Positions 36,729 to 45,815 of a stretch of 64,000 bases of DNA are shown piece after piece; position 1 is the first letter of the stretch, and each line of letters opens with the position of its first letter. The DNA is taken from the sequence record OR805295.1; one strand, 5' to 3'. A program made the translations under genes and the position numbers. Under the pieces are notes generated by a model, which searched no databases, was not told the DNA's origin, and was given only the letters and a program-made list of their open reading frames with translations.

Positions 36729-37601
36729 ATGAAACACAGATATACTGAAAAGTTTTTCTCAGTCCAGGGAGAAAGCCTACATACCGGAAAACTATGCACT
36801 TGGCTTAGATTTTTCGGATGTTCGTTGCAATGTAGGGGCTTTGGACAAAAAGAACCTGGAAATCCCGAAACATGGGTAGAACAACGACCGGATTTAATAG
36901 ATGTAACAAACATTACAGATTATAAACAATTACCGACTCCTAAGTATGGATGTGATTCAGACTATTCTGTATTTGCTAAATTTAAACATCTTGCAACAGA
37001 AGTCGATCCTGTTGTAGTTGCAAATGAAATAAAACAATTAATTCCTAGTAAAACATTTGGTAAAAAAATAGGTCATGTATTTACGGGCGGAGAACCGTTA
37101 GTAAACCAAGAATCTATAGTAGATATAGTAAATTATTGGATAGATACTAATGATTATCCTGCATGGATAGGAATAGAAACAAATACAACTAGACCGTTAG
37201 AAAAATGCTTAATCGATTTAGTTAACAGATGTAAATCGATTGGTGTGCAATTTTATTTTTCTATGTCACCCAAACTACTTCATGTAGCAGGTGAACAACC
37301 CAAACGAGCTATCCATATAAATTTAATGAAGGAATATATAGATATTGCACCGGATAGCTATCTAAAATTTGTAGTAAATGAAGATCAGCGATCGTGGGAT
37401 CAAGCAAAAAGTATAGTAGACACATTAAATGCTGACGGGTATTTACCAGATGTGTGGGTTATGCCAGTCGGAGGCATTTATTCCCAACAAACAGACCCAG
37501 TAATTGGAAGACTTGCAGATAAAGCTATCTTCGAATACGAATGGAATGTTAGTTTACGTGTTCACGTATTAACTTGGGGTGACGATCAACTAGGTAGGTA
37601 A
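36729..37601 (+). CDS. queE: 7-carboxy-7-deazaguanine synthase-like radical SAM enzyme
   Basis: EKFFSVQGE, WLRFFGC, FTGGEP, IETN, MSPKL, LKFVV, MP.GG, SLRVH; Cys motif CX3CX39C. Confidence 0.85.
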   Translation: MKHRYTEKFFSVQGESLHTGKLCTWLRFFGCSLQCRGFGQKEPGNPETWVEQRPDLIDVTNITDYKQLPTPKYGCDSDYSVFAKFKHLATEVDPVVVANEIKQLIPSKTFGKKIGHVFTGGEPLVNQESIVDIVNYWIDTNDYPAWIGIETNTTRPLEKCLIDLVNRCKSIGVQFYFSMSPKLLHVAGEQPKRAIHINLMKEYIDIAPDSYLKFVVNEDQRSWDQAKSIVDTLNADGYLPDVWVMPVGGIYSQQTDPVIGRLADKAIFEYEWNVSLRVHVLTWGDDQLGR

Positions 37602-37605
37602 AACC

Positions 37606-38025
37606 ATGAACCGTATTATCCTTTCTGTAGTGTTTAGTTTAATATCGTCGTATGCAGTATGCGGAGAAAATAAATCCTATATAAATCCGCATCTTCATGG
37701 AAAATGCGTCGGGATGGTTACTAAACTGTCTGAATATGCAAATACCGAAGTATTAACTTTAAAATTGTATAATATAGGTCAGGTACTTCATGCATACGGC
37801 AAATACACTGCACTAAAATCGAATAATGCAGATACAGCACTGTATGATCAAGGATTAGTTGACGGAAGAGAAACAGTTTCTAAAAATATAGAAAATAACA
37901 ATTTTAATGTTTTAGTAAAATATTATGAAGATAATTGTCTAGAAATATTTTACAAATCTGCAGACTGGTTATATCATAATAACATACACCAGTTCAATAA
38001 ATTAACGGATATTTTTAATAAATGA
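37606..38025 (+). CDS. hypothetical protein with signal peptide
   Basis: MNRIILSVVFSLISSYAVC N-terminus. Confidence 0.6.
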   Translation: MNRIILSVVFSLISSYAVCGENKSYINPHLHGKCVGMVTKLSEYANTEVLTLKLYNIGQVLHAYGKYTALKSNNADTALYDQGLVDGRETVSKNIENNNFNVLVKYYEDNCLEIFYKSADWLYHNNIHQFNKLTDIFNK

Positions 38026-38633
38026 AAAAAAGATTATTTCCATTTTGGTTATGGCCATATAGCTGGGGATTACCTGCTAAACAGAAAGCTATTGCAAAAG
38101 CAGAGTATTATCTCGAAGGAGAAGAATTAGATAGGGAATTAGTAGCACTATCGAATACAACAAGCAAAGCCAAAGAAATTGAATTGTTACATATTGATTT
38201 TAAATATGGTAAAATAACAGAATACGAATACGATGTTGCTTTAGCTAAAACTCAATACGATCCGGGTCTAGCTTTAGACTTAAAATTAGCTGATATAGAT
38301 TTAAAGCATCATAAAATAAATGAAAGGGAACATAGCAAACGAATTGCTACCTTAAGAAAGTTACCTTGGGTAGATATAATAAAGATAGGCTTGTCTTCTT
38401 CTGATATTTCGACAGGAGAAATGGAATTAGACTGGAATGAATATTTTATAGAAGAATTGCACGAATACGGATATGTAGGTAGGACTGACGAAGAAGTAGT
38501 AAATTTATGGTTATCTACTTTATGTAAAAATATCGCATTAGACGAATTCGGAGGAATGGGATCTGTAGACGATCTTTCAGAAGATAATGACAAAATAGAT
38601 AGCAAAGAAAACTATAAAAGGGAAGTTAAGTAA
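38022..38633 (+). CDS. hypothetical protein
   Basis: 203-aa ORF overlapping both neighbours (ATGA and TAATG coupling). Confidence 0.7.
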   Translation: MKKRLFPFWLWPYSWGLPAKQKAIAKAEYYLEGEELDRELVALSNTTSKAKEIELLHIDFKYGKITEYEYDVALAKTQYDPGLALDLKLADIDLKHHKINEREHSKRIATLRKLPWVDIIKIGLSSSDISTGEMELDWNEYFIEELHEYGYVGRTDEEVVNLWLSTLCKNIALDEFGGMGSVDDLSEDNDKIDSKENYKREVK

Positions 38634-39619
38634 TGTCTAAAACTTATATTTTAATCGATACATTCAACATGTTTCATAGAGCAAAACATGTAATCAGGTC
38701 CTCCTCGTTAGATGAAAAAGTAGGCATGTGTCTTCATGTAATGTTTAACAGTATACGCAAAGTATACAGAGACCATTCTGCAGATCATGCTGTGTTTTGC
38801 ATAGAAGGCAAATCTTGGCGGAAGGACTTTTATAAAGAATATAAGTTCAACCGAACAGCAGCTAGAATGGCAAGAACAGAAGCTGAAATCGAAGAAGATG
38901 CTGCTTTAATGGAAGCATATAACGATTTAATTACATTCATTAATGATAAAACAAATTCTAGCGTACTACATCACCATAAAGCAGAAGCAGATGATATGAT
39001 AGCTACTTGGATTCAAAATAATCCAAATGATAATCATATTATTGTTAGTTCAGACAGCGATTTTTTCCAGCTATTAGCACCTAACGTTAAAATATATAAT
39101 GGAATTACAGAACAACTAATTACATTAGAAGGTTTCTTTGATAATAAAGGCAAACCTGTAATTGATAATAAAACAAAGAAACCAAAAGTGGCTCCTGATC
39201 CTAAATGGTTATTATTTGAAAAATGCATTAGGGGAGATAAATCTGATTTTATTTTTGCGGCGTACCCGGGTGCAAGAGAAACTAGTTCTAAAAATAAAGT
39301 AGGCATGCGTGAAGTATTTGCCGATATGGATAATAAAGGTTACGCATGGAATAATTTTATGTTGACAAAAATTACAGATTCTGCTGGTAATGAATTTGTT
39401 GTTCACGATAAGTACGAATTTAACAAAACACTAATTGACTTAACTTGTCAGCCAGATGATCTAAAAACAGAATTTAAAACAGTCACAGATGTAGCTCGTA
39501 ATAAACCGCCCGTATCTAACGTAGGCATCCATTTTTTAAAATTCTGTAATAGATGGGCACTAGAGCAAATCTCTAAATATCCAGACGAATTTGCAAAACT
39601 TCTTAATGCTAAACCATAA
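38633..39619 (+). CDS. rnh: T4 RNase H-like 5'-3' exonuclease (FEN family)
   Basis: ILIDTFN, EGKSWRK..Y.EYK.NR, EADDMIA, VSSDSDFFQL, GDKSD. Confidence 0.88.
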   Translation: MSKTYILIDTFNMFHRAKHVIRSSSLDEKVGMCLHVMFNSIRKVYRDHSADHAVFCIEGKSWRKDFYKEYKFNRTAARMARTEAEIEEDAALMEAYNDLITFINDKTNSSVLHHHKAEADDMIATWIQNNPNDNHIIVSSDSDFFQLLAPNVKIYNGITEQLITLEGFFDNKGKPVIDNKTKKPKVAPDPKWLLFEKCIRGDKSDFIFAAYPGARETSSKNKVGMREVFADMDNKGYAWNNFMLTKITDSAGNEFVVHDKYEFNKTLIDLTCQPDDLKTEFKTVTDVARNKPPVSNVGIHFLKFCNRWALEQISKYPDEFAKLLNAKP

Positions 39620-39621
39620 TT

Positions 39622-40080
39622 ATGAAATTAAAATCATTAACTGAAACTTCGTGGATTGTGTTAGACAACCAGGGCGATAAAGTAGGTATACTTACTAGAA
39701 CCAAAGAAAAGCTCAATCTAATGACTCCCGGCGGATCTATGTTATTCGATACGCAAGATGATGCAAATACATTCTTCGGTGAAGATATATTCAGTAATAT
39801 AGTATATGTTAGCAAAACAGAAGAAGTGTTCGAATTAGATGGATGGCCAGTATCTACTGCTAACCCTGTTAGGGCACAATCAGTAAATAATCTTCCTTGT
39901 TACACTAAAACAGAGGGAGGAAAATCAATACACTGTGCCGGATATTATAGTATTAAATTTCCTGGATCATATATAAACAGTTTTTGTCCTAAACTTTCTA
40001 CATTAGAAAAATACGAGTTTAGTGGACCTTTCAAAACTGAACTCGAAGCAAGAGCAACAACCAGTATTAATAAAAAATAA
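39622..40080 (+). CDS. hypothetical protein
   Basis: 152-aa ORF in operon position. Confidence 0.7.
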   Translation: MKLKSLTETSWIVLDNQGDKVGILTRTKEKLNLMTPGGSMLFDTQDDANTFFGEDIFSNIVYVSKTEEVFELDGWPVSTANPVRAQSVNNLPCYTKTEGGKSIHCAGYYSIKFPGSYINSFCPKLSTLEKYEFSGPFKTELEARATTSINKK

Positions 40081-40091
40081 GGAAAATAAAA

Positions 40092-40382
40092 ATGCTCGAT
40101 AACTATGAACTATTAGCAAAACAAGAATTAGAATCTATGTATAAAAACGTAGTATATGATTTAGGTGCCGATATTCCCACAACATTCTTTAATATTAAGT
40201 TATCCGAGCACATAGTTCCTAACTCAGAAGCAAATAGAACATTTATAAACAAATATACTAACTTAGTGCATGGTGAATGTATGGAATTAGTTTGGTATAG
40301 GGCAGTTTGTACAACAGATTCCAAAACAAATAATCTAGTTGTATTAAAATTAGAACGTTGCAGTTCTTATCAGGAAATTTAA
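40092..40382 (+). CDS. hypothetical protein
   Basis: 96-aa ORF with AGGA RBS. Confidence 0.6.
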   Translation: MLDNYELLAKQELESMYKNVVYDLGADIPTTFFNIKLSEHIVPNSEANRTFINKYTNLVHGECMELVWYRAVCTTDSKTNNLVVLKLERCSSYQEI

Positions 40383-40384
40383 TT

Positions 40385-40930
40385 ATGAACAGAAGAAGTT
40401 ATGATCCCGATTTGTTTAAACAAATAGAAGAAGACGTAGACTGTTATGTGTTTAAACACGAAATATTTAAAGATATCTATTTGTTTATGGATGGTTGGGG
40501 TCAAAGTCACAGAACAAACGGTCCTGCTCTTATAATTCCTAATGTATGCGAAGTTTGGTATAATCATGGAAAGATACACAGGGATAACGGACCTGCATTT
40601 TTCGAAATTACAAAAGACAATGAAGTTAGATATTGTTGGGTTTTAGATAACAATATAATTTCATGCAAGGAACAATATGATAACGTATTAGGCACAGAAG
40701 CATACGGTGCCTGGGTAGAAGCAACATTAATAAATCATCCTAATTTTTTGGTATTTAATACTAACTATGTAACTCATGATTATGTATCTACTGCAAAGAA
40801 TAAGTATATGCTTGGAGCTACTGATATGAAAGAAGATAATACTAAATGGGCACAGTTGGGTTCGCAACACGATATATATAAAAATTTTAAACCAATTTGG
40901 ATGTCGGAAGAAGAATGGATCAATAGCTAA
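40385..40930 (+). CDS. hypothetical protein with HRxNGPA repeats
   Basis: HRTNGPA and HRDNGPA; ATG 40385 preferred. Confidence 0.6.
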   Translation: MNRRSYDPDLFKQIEEDVDCYVFKHEIFKDIYLFMDGWGQSHRTNGPALIIPNVCEVWYNHGKIHRDNGPAFFEITKDNEVRYCWVLDNNIISCKEQYDNVLGTEAYGAWVEATLINHPNFLVFNTNYVTHDYVSTAKNKYMLGATDMKEDNTKWAQLGSQHDIYKNFKPIWMSEEEWINS

Positions 40931-40932
40931 TA

Positions 40933-41133
40933 ATGACGTTAGTAGTATTGTACATAATAATCCAATCTATTTTAGTAGGTATACTGCATCATTTAGCTAT
41001 AAGAAATCTTGTATTAAAAGAAAATTGGTTATGTGTATTTATACTATCAACTATACTCTGGCTATTATGGCCTATAGGTTATCTAATATCGTGTATATAC
41101 GCAATGTATATTAAATATAAAAACCCTGTATAG
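40933..41133 (+). CDS. small membrane protein
   Basis: Two hydrophobic stretches. Confidence 0.55.
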   Translation: MTLVVLYIIIQSILVGILHHLAIRNLVLKENWLCVFILSTILWLLWPIGYLISCIYAMYIKYKNPV

Positions 41134-41149
41134 ACTATACAGGGTTTTT
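41119..41149 (+). terminator. intrinsic terminator
   Basis: aaaaaccctgtata-gac-tatacagggttttt. Confidence 0.8.
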
Positions 41150-41209
41150 ATATACCCAGTAAATTATAAAATCAGATAAATAATACGATGGCTATTACTG
41201 GAGATATAT

Positions 41210-41503
41210 ATGGCACGTCCAAAACCTACTATCCTTGTTGAACATGTAGATCCAAAAACATATAAATCTGAGCAAATACTCGAAGCTGAAGCTGTGTTTG
41301 CTGTATTTTATAAAGGCGAGCCTATCAATATACGGTCACAGAGTGCATTGATAGATTATGCTCCTAAATATAAGAAATCTACATTTGTTAACCCGGGCCA
41401 TGCACTTAATTTGGCTGAACGTTTAAATGAAATGTTTAAATGCACTGACTTTACTGTTCATAAATTAATTGCAGGAGAAAAATACACCGGTGAAGAATAC
41501 TAA
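41210..41503 (+). CDS. hypothetical protein
   Basis: 97-aa ORF with GGAG RBS and upstream TAAATA. Confidence 0.75.
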   Translation: MARPKPTILVEHVDPKTYKSEQILEAEAVFAVFYKGEPINIRSQSALIDYAPKYKKSTFVNPGHALNLAERLNEMFKCTDFTVHKLIAGEKYTGEEY

Positions 41504-41840
41504 GCTTAGAGATTCAATTTTCTCTTATTTAAGAGAAAATAACGAATCTTTAACTGAGTTAACAGATATAGAACTTAATCGTTTTATATTTGCACACCCT
41601 TCTAGTTTTAGACTGTCGTATGATGGTCTAAAACTATTTTCAAAACTATTCACTTCTTATACCTACCATATAGATTTTAAAATAACTTTCAGACAAAGAT
41701 TGCTATTAGGTAGGCATCTAAAATTTCCTTATTATTTTAGTGATAAAAGATTAATATTGTTTTCATACGACGATTCTTTATATTTAAATTTAATAGGCGA
41801 TATAAAGCTCTGGTTAGAATCGTTCGAACATAGTGTTTGA
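41469..41840 (+). CDS. hypothetical protein
   Basis: ORF; true start may be GTG 41490. Confidence 0.65.
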   Translation: MQEKNTPVKNTKLRDSIFSYLRENNESLTELTDIELNRFIFAHPSSFRLSYDGLKLFSKLFTSYTYHIDFKITFRQRLLLGRHLKFPYYFSDKRLILFSYDDSLYLNLIGDIKLWLESFEHSV

Positions 41841-41865
41841 CATATTTTAAATACTTTTATAAAAT
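41837..41865 (+). promoter_or_regulatory. sigma70-type promoter
   Basis: TTGACA-17 bp-TAAAAT. Confidence 0.7.
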
Positions 41866-41894
41866 TACAGTATATAAAGTGCTGTAAAATTGTC

Positions 41895-42269
41895 ATGAAA
41901 AAATCTAAATCTATCACTAGAGCCGAAAACAAAAAACATCAACAATATATAACTAATATGAAATTAGGTGGCAATCCTAATAAGTACGGTAAATCTAATA
42001 CTTATAAAAAACCTAATATAGAACTAAGTCCTAGTATACCTGCATGGGCTACTACACTATCAGAATACAAAAGCATAGAAACAAATAAACCTATAAACAA
42101 TGCTATTCCAGTCAAATATGAAGACGAATTTGCAATAAGAGAAGAAATTGCATTAAAAGAAAAAGAACGTAAAAAACAATTTGTTGCAGTAGCTTACAAC
42201 AAGGGCGGATATGTATATTTAGGTGAAAATCCACCAGATGAAATTGTTAAATCAATTGGCAAAAAGTAA
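41895..42269 (+). CDS. phage hypothetical protein with AYNKGG motif
   Basis: C-terminal VAVAYNKGGYVYL. Confidence 0.65.
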   Translation: MKKSKSITRAENKKHQQYITNMKLGGNPNKYGKSNTYKKPNIELSPSIPAWATTLSEYKSIETNKPINNAIPVKYEDEFAIREEIALKEKERKKQFVAVAYNKGGYVYLGENPPDEIVKSIGKK

Positions 42270-42279
42270 AGGAACATTT

Positions 42280-42588
42280 ATGTTCTGCACACTACTAAAC
42301 TTCTTTAAAAAAGATGTAAAGGTATATGCTGTAGTGGTACTTGCTCCTGGCTTAATTTGTTATCTAAGCAAGTTAAATAATTTCGATTTAAAGATGGCAA
42401 CAAGAATTTCTGGTTCAAAATATAAATTAGACGAAAAATTAATCGAAATAATTACTAAAGAAGATGCCATATTAAAAATGATATCGGGAGAAATTACTAA
42501 AGATGGTAAAAACTATGTTCGCTTTGTAGAAATACCAGATCGTCTTAGACAAGTATTAAAATACCATTACATCGCAAATGTGATTTAA
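42280..42588 (+). CDS. hypothetical protein, N-terminal membrane anchor
   Basis: ATG 42280 with AGGA RBS. Confidence 0.55.
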   Translation: MFCTLLNFFKKDVKVYAVVVLAPGLICYLSKLNNFDLKMATRISGSKYKLDEKLIEIITKEDAILKMISGEITKDGKNYVRFVEIPDRLRQVLKYHYIANVI

Positions 42589-42611
42589 TAGAAAAATATC
42601 TAAAAAGGAAC

Positions 42612-43163
42612 ATGAATAGTATAAAAATGAAATATTACACTAAATGGTTTTTGATGACACAAAGAAATAAAATGTATGATTTTAAGAATCTATCATTTTA
42701 TATATTACTAGTAGGAAATGTAGTTTTTAATCCTATTATAGCGAGTTTCTTAATTATTCTCAAAATAATGCAATTAATGCAAAATAAACCAGAATATTTA
42801 GATACTATCCCTGTGCTTAATGAAGTATTTTATATGTTTGTTGCTGAGTTAGTTTCTATATCTTATCGGTTTATAAATAAAACACCCGATTATGAAATAT
42901 TTCATTCTTCGTTTAACAGAAGAAAACCGAAACAACATAAAAATAATACATGTAAAAAAAGAAATGATCGCTGTATCGGGGAAGAAACAATTAGCAGTAA
43001 AAGATCATCATTTTATAATACAGGTGTTAAACTATATAAAGACAGCAAAGATAAAAGAAAACGATATGCTTATCCTAGGCATTCCGGTCCGCGTGGCTCC
43101 TGCTGGTATCCTACATTTAGACTTCCTAAATATTTTAAGAGAAAAAAGAAAAAAGGGCTATAA
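42612..43163 (+). CDS. hypothetical membrane protein
   Basis: Hydrophobic N-half; stop falls inside the terminator. Overlaps the alternative ORF 42892-43284. Confidence 0.45.
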   Translation: MNSIKMKYYTKWFLMTQRNKMYDFKNLSFYILLVGNVVFNPIIASFLIILKIMQLMQNKPEYLDTIPVLNEVFYMFVAELVSISYRFINKTPDYEIFHSSFNRRKPKQHKNNTCKKRNDRCIGEETISSKRSSFYNTGVKLYKDSKDKRKRYAYPRHSGPRGSCWYPTFRLPKYFKRKKKKGL

Positions 43164-43175
43164 TTGCCCTTTTTT
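43149..43175 (+). terminator. intrinsic terminator
   Basis: aaaaaagggc-tataatt-gccctttttt. Confidence 0.75.
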
Positions 43176-43365
43176 AATGATTAAAAAATTACGTTTTACT
43201 ATGTTGACTAACTATATAGTTATTTGCTTTAATAACATCCTGCTTTGCAAAACAACAAATAATAGCATTCATAAAAATTGTTAATTATGTGTTGTTTTAA
43301 AAGCTACAAGCTGTAAAATGTAGGTGTTAAACAGCAAAACATATTCAACCACAGAGGCATTATAG

Positions 43366-44481
43366 ATGGCTAAAAAAGAAAACATCGTAGAAACGTATCT
43401 TCGTCCGACGGAGTGTGCTGCAATTATCCGCGGCATGTTCAAGGCGAAGCGTCCTGTGTTCCTCTGGGGTCCGCCGGGGGTAGGCAAGTCGGATATCATC
43501 GCCCAGTTGGGTTTCGAGGCTGACCGTCCGGTCATCGACATGCGTCTGATCCTCATGGATCCCACTGATATTAAGGGCATTCCGTACTACGATCCGAAAA
43601 CCAATACCATGCGCTGGGCTATTCCGTCCGATCTTCCGCAACCCGGCGAAACTACCCTGGACAACGCCATCTTGTTCCTGGACGAAATGAACTCGGCGCC
43701 GGCGAGCGTTCAGGGCGCTGCATATCAGCTTATCCTGAACCGTGCCATCGGTTCGTATAAGCTGCCCGATGGCGTCGACATTGTCGCTGCTGGTAACCGC
43801 GATACCGACAAGGGCGTTACTTATCGTATGCCTAGTCCGTTGGCCAACCGTTTCGTTCACTTGCAGATCGAAACCAACTTCGAGGACTGGCAGCAGTGGG
43901 CGCTTAACAACACGGTACACCCGGATGTAGTCGGCTACCTCACTCAGCACAAGCAGAACCTGTTCTGCTTCGATCCCCAAGATCGTAGCAAGGCGTTTGC
44001 TACTCCGCGAGCCTGGAAGTTCGTGTCCGACATCCTCCAGCTCGCAGGAATCAACAAGGACCACCTGCTACGTGCGACTATCGCAGGAACCGTCGGCGAA
44101 AGTCACAGCTACTCCTTCATGCAGCACATGAAGTATGCTTCGCAGCTTCCGAAGCCGGAAGATGTACTAACCGGCCGGGTAACTGATCTCAAAGTCGAAG
44201 AGATCAGTGCTCGTTACTCGCTCGTGGTCAGTATGTGCTACACTCTAAAAGAGTGGCTGGCTGACGTAGCTGACGCTGACAAAAAGTACACTACCGAGGA
44301 TTGGCACAAGTCGGTAAACTTGTTCTTCGAGTACATGATGAACAACTTTGCCCAAGAAATGGTCATCCTCGGCGCGCGTACTGCGTTGCGCGAATACCAA
44401 CTGCCGATCAACAGAAAGTTGATCCCTTGCTTCACTAAGTTCTTCCAAGAGTACGGCAAGTTTATTGTCGACTCGAACTAA
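43366..44481 (+). CDS. MoxR-like AAA+ ATPase
   Basis: LWGPPGVGKS, LFLDEMN, VAAGNR, PLANRF, TPRAW. Markedly GC-rich. Confidence 0.9.
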   Translation: MAKKENIVETYLRPTECAAIIRGMFKAKRPVFLWGPPGVGKSDIIAQLGFEADRPVIDMRLILMDPTDIKGIPYYDPKTNTMRWAIPSDLPQPGETTLDNAILFLDEMNSAPASVQGAAYQLILNRAIGSYKLPDGVDIVAAGNRDTDKGVTYRMPSPLANRFVHLQIETNFEDWQQWALNNTVHPDVVGYLTQHKQNLFCFDPQDRSKAFATPRAWKFVSDILQLAGINKDHLLRATIAGTVGESHSYSFMQHMKYASQLPKPEDVLTGRVTDLKVEEISARYSLVVSMCYTLKEWLADVADADKKYTTEDWHKSVNLFFEYMMNNFAQEMVILGARTALREYQLPINRKLIPCFTKFFQEYGKFIVDSN

Positions 44482-44491
44482 GTAAGGGCAA

Positions 44492-44522
44492 AATAAAAGG
44501 GGCTTAAAGCCCCTTTTATTTT
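44492..44522 (+). terminator. intrinsic terminator
   Basis: aataaaaggggct-taa-agccccttttatt. Confidence 0.85.
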
Positions 44523-44550
44523 ATATATTCATAGGATACAGAATTATAGA

Positions 44551-45006
44551 ATGAGAACACTAACTTCATCTTTGTTTGTCATTATAATGACATTAGTAAA
44601 TATTCTTTCTGTAATATATATGTATGTTACTAACGTGCCATTAATTTATATGCTTGTTGCAGTTCCTAATCAGTGTGTTATATCATTAATTTCTTGTGTG
44701 TACAGAAAAATCATAGCAGAATTTTTTTATATAAAGAGATTTAGTTTTTATAAACTAGAAGTCGTTTTAGACAAGCAAAGAGGGAGCTCAACAAAATATA
44801 TTTTAAAATTAAATGTATTAGGTGAAACATATTATTACGATTTTCATGACAATTCTTTTTGCTGTCTTCCTATTTATGCGAATTTCTATACTAATTCAGA
44901 ATCATTGGCACTTAACACATTCCAAAGGTATGAAGACCAAGCTGAGCTATATAAAAAGAGCAGCGCCATTACTACTGTAATAAAATCTAGTAAAGGTACT
45001 AAGTAG
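44551..45006 (+). CDS. membrane protein, tandem paralog 1
   Basis: Two N-terminal TM segments plus a soluble C-domain. Confidence 0.65.
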   Translation: MRTLTSSLFVIIMTLVNILSVIYMYVTNVPLIYMLVAVPNQCVISLISCVYRKIIAEFFYIKRFSFYKLEVVLDKQRGSSTKYILKLNVLGETYYYDFHDNSFCCLPIYANFYTNSESLALNTFQRYEDQAELYKKSSAITTVIKSSKGTK

Positions 45007-45007
45007 T

Positions 45008-45460
45008 ATGAGACTTCCGTTCAGTAACATATGTTTAATATTAATACCTTTATTTGCTGTATTGATTACTATATGTATTATTCTAGAATACCAAGAACAT
45101 GTCGTACTGGCACTAGTAATAATACCTTTAATAGTATGTGTACTGTCTGTCAGTATATGCGGGATTGCGATATTGTTTTATTTGATGATTCTCTGCGAAA
45201 TATCGGAAAATAAATATTTTACTTCATTCGAAATAGAAGCTATAAAAAGAAAAGGTAAACCTACATTATATTTTATAAAAAAGATATGGCTGTCCGAAAT
45301 ATTTTATTTTAATATAAAACAAAATAGATTTTCTATAAGAAGACATATAGATAGTTCGTATGATTCATTGGAAGAAGCACTAAAAGAAATAGAACATATA
45401 TATAAACAATACACAGAGACAGAATATAATAAAGTTGTGTTTAAAAAAGGAAAAAATTAA
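45008..45460 (+). CDS. membrane protein, tandem paralog 2
   Basis: Same architecture as 44551-45006. Confidence 0.65.
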   Translation: MRLPFSNICLILIPLFAVLITICIILEYQEHVVLALVIIPLIVCVLSVSICGIAILFYLMILCEISENKYFTSFEIEAIKRKGKPTLYFIKKIWLSEIFYFNIKQNRFSIRRHIDSSYDSLEEALKEIEHIYKQYTETEYNKVVFKKGKN

Positions 45461-45461
45461 T

Positions 45462-45815
45462 ATGATCGTCAGCGAGATTATATATTCTATTTTCATAGCT
45501 GCATTAATAACAGTTATGACTATACTATATATAAGTCTCAGAATAATAACATGTAAGATATTAAATAAGTCATTAAAGATTTCAGCTAATGTAATTATAT
45601 ATGGTACCTCTAATATAGAATATGTATATATTCCTGAAATAAAATATAAATTTCTTTCTTTTAAAATAACACATTCTGGTTTAGTTATGTTTGATAAAGA
45701 GTTTGGATTTAGGACACTAAACGATGCCATAAATGCATTAAATATGTATGTAGACACCGATATTATAAAAATAGTATATAAAAAGGTACCCACATTTTAT
45801 ACTTGGCACGAATAA
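45462..45815 (+). CDS. membrane protein, tandem paralog 3 (single TM)
   Basis: ATG 45462; similar C-terminal helix pattern. Confidence 0.55.
   Translation: MIVSEIIYSIFIAALITVMTILYISLRIITCKILNKSLKISANVIIYGTSNIEYVYIPEIKYKFLSFKITHSGLVMFDKEFGFRTLNDAINALNMYVDTDIIKIVYKKVPTFYTWHE

Noticed and set aside
43360-44064. 234-aa minus-strand ORF (also 43281-43580, 44238-44459, 44245-44448)
   Set aside because: Antisense to the MoxR gene; long shadow frames are expected in GC-rich coding DNA; no motifs or RBS.
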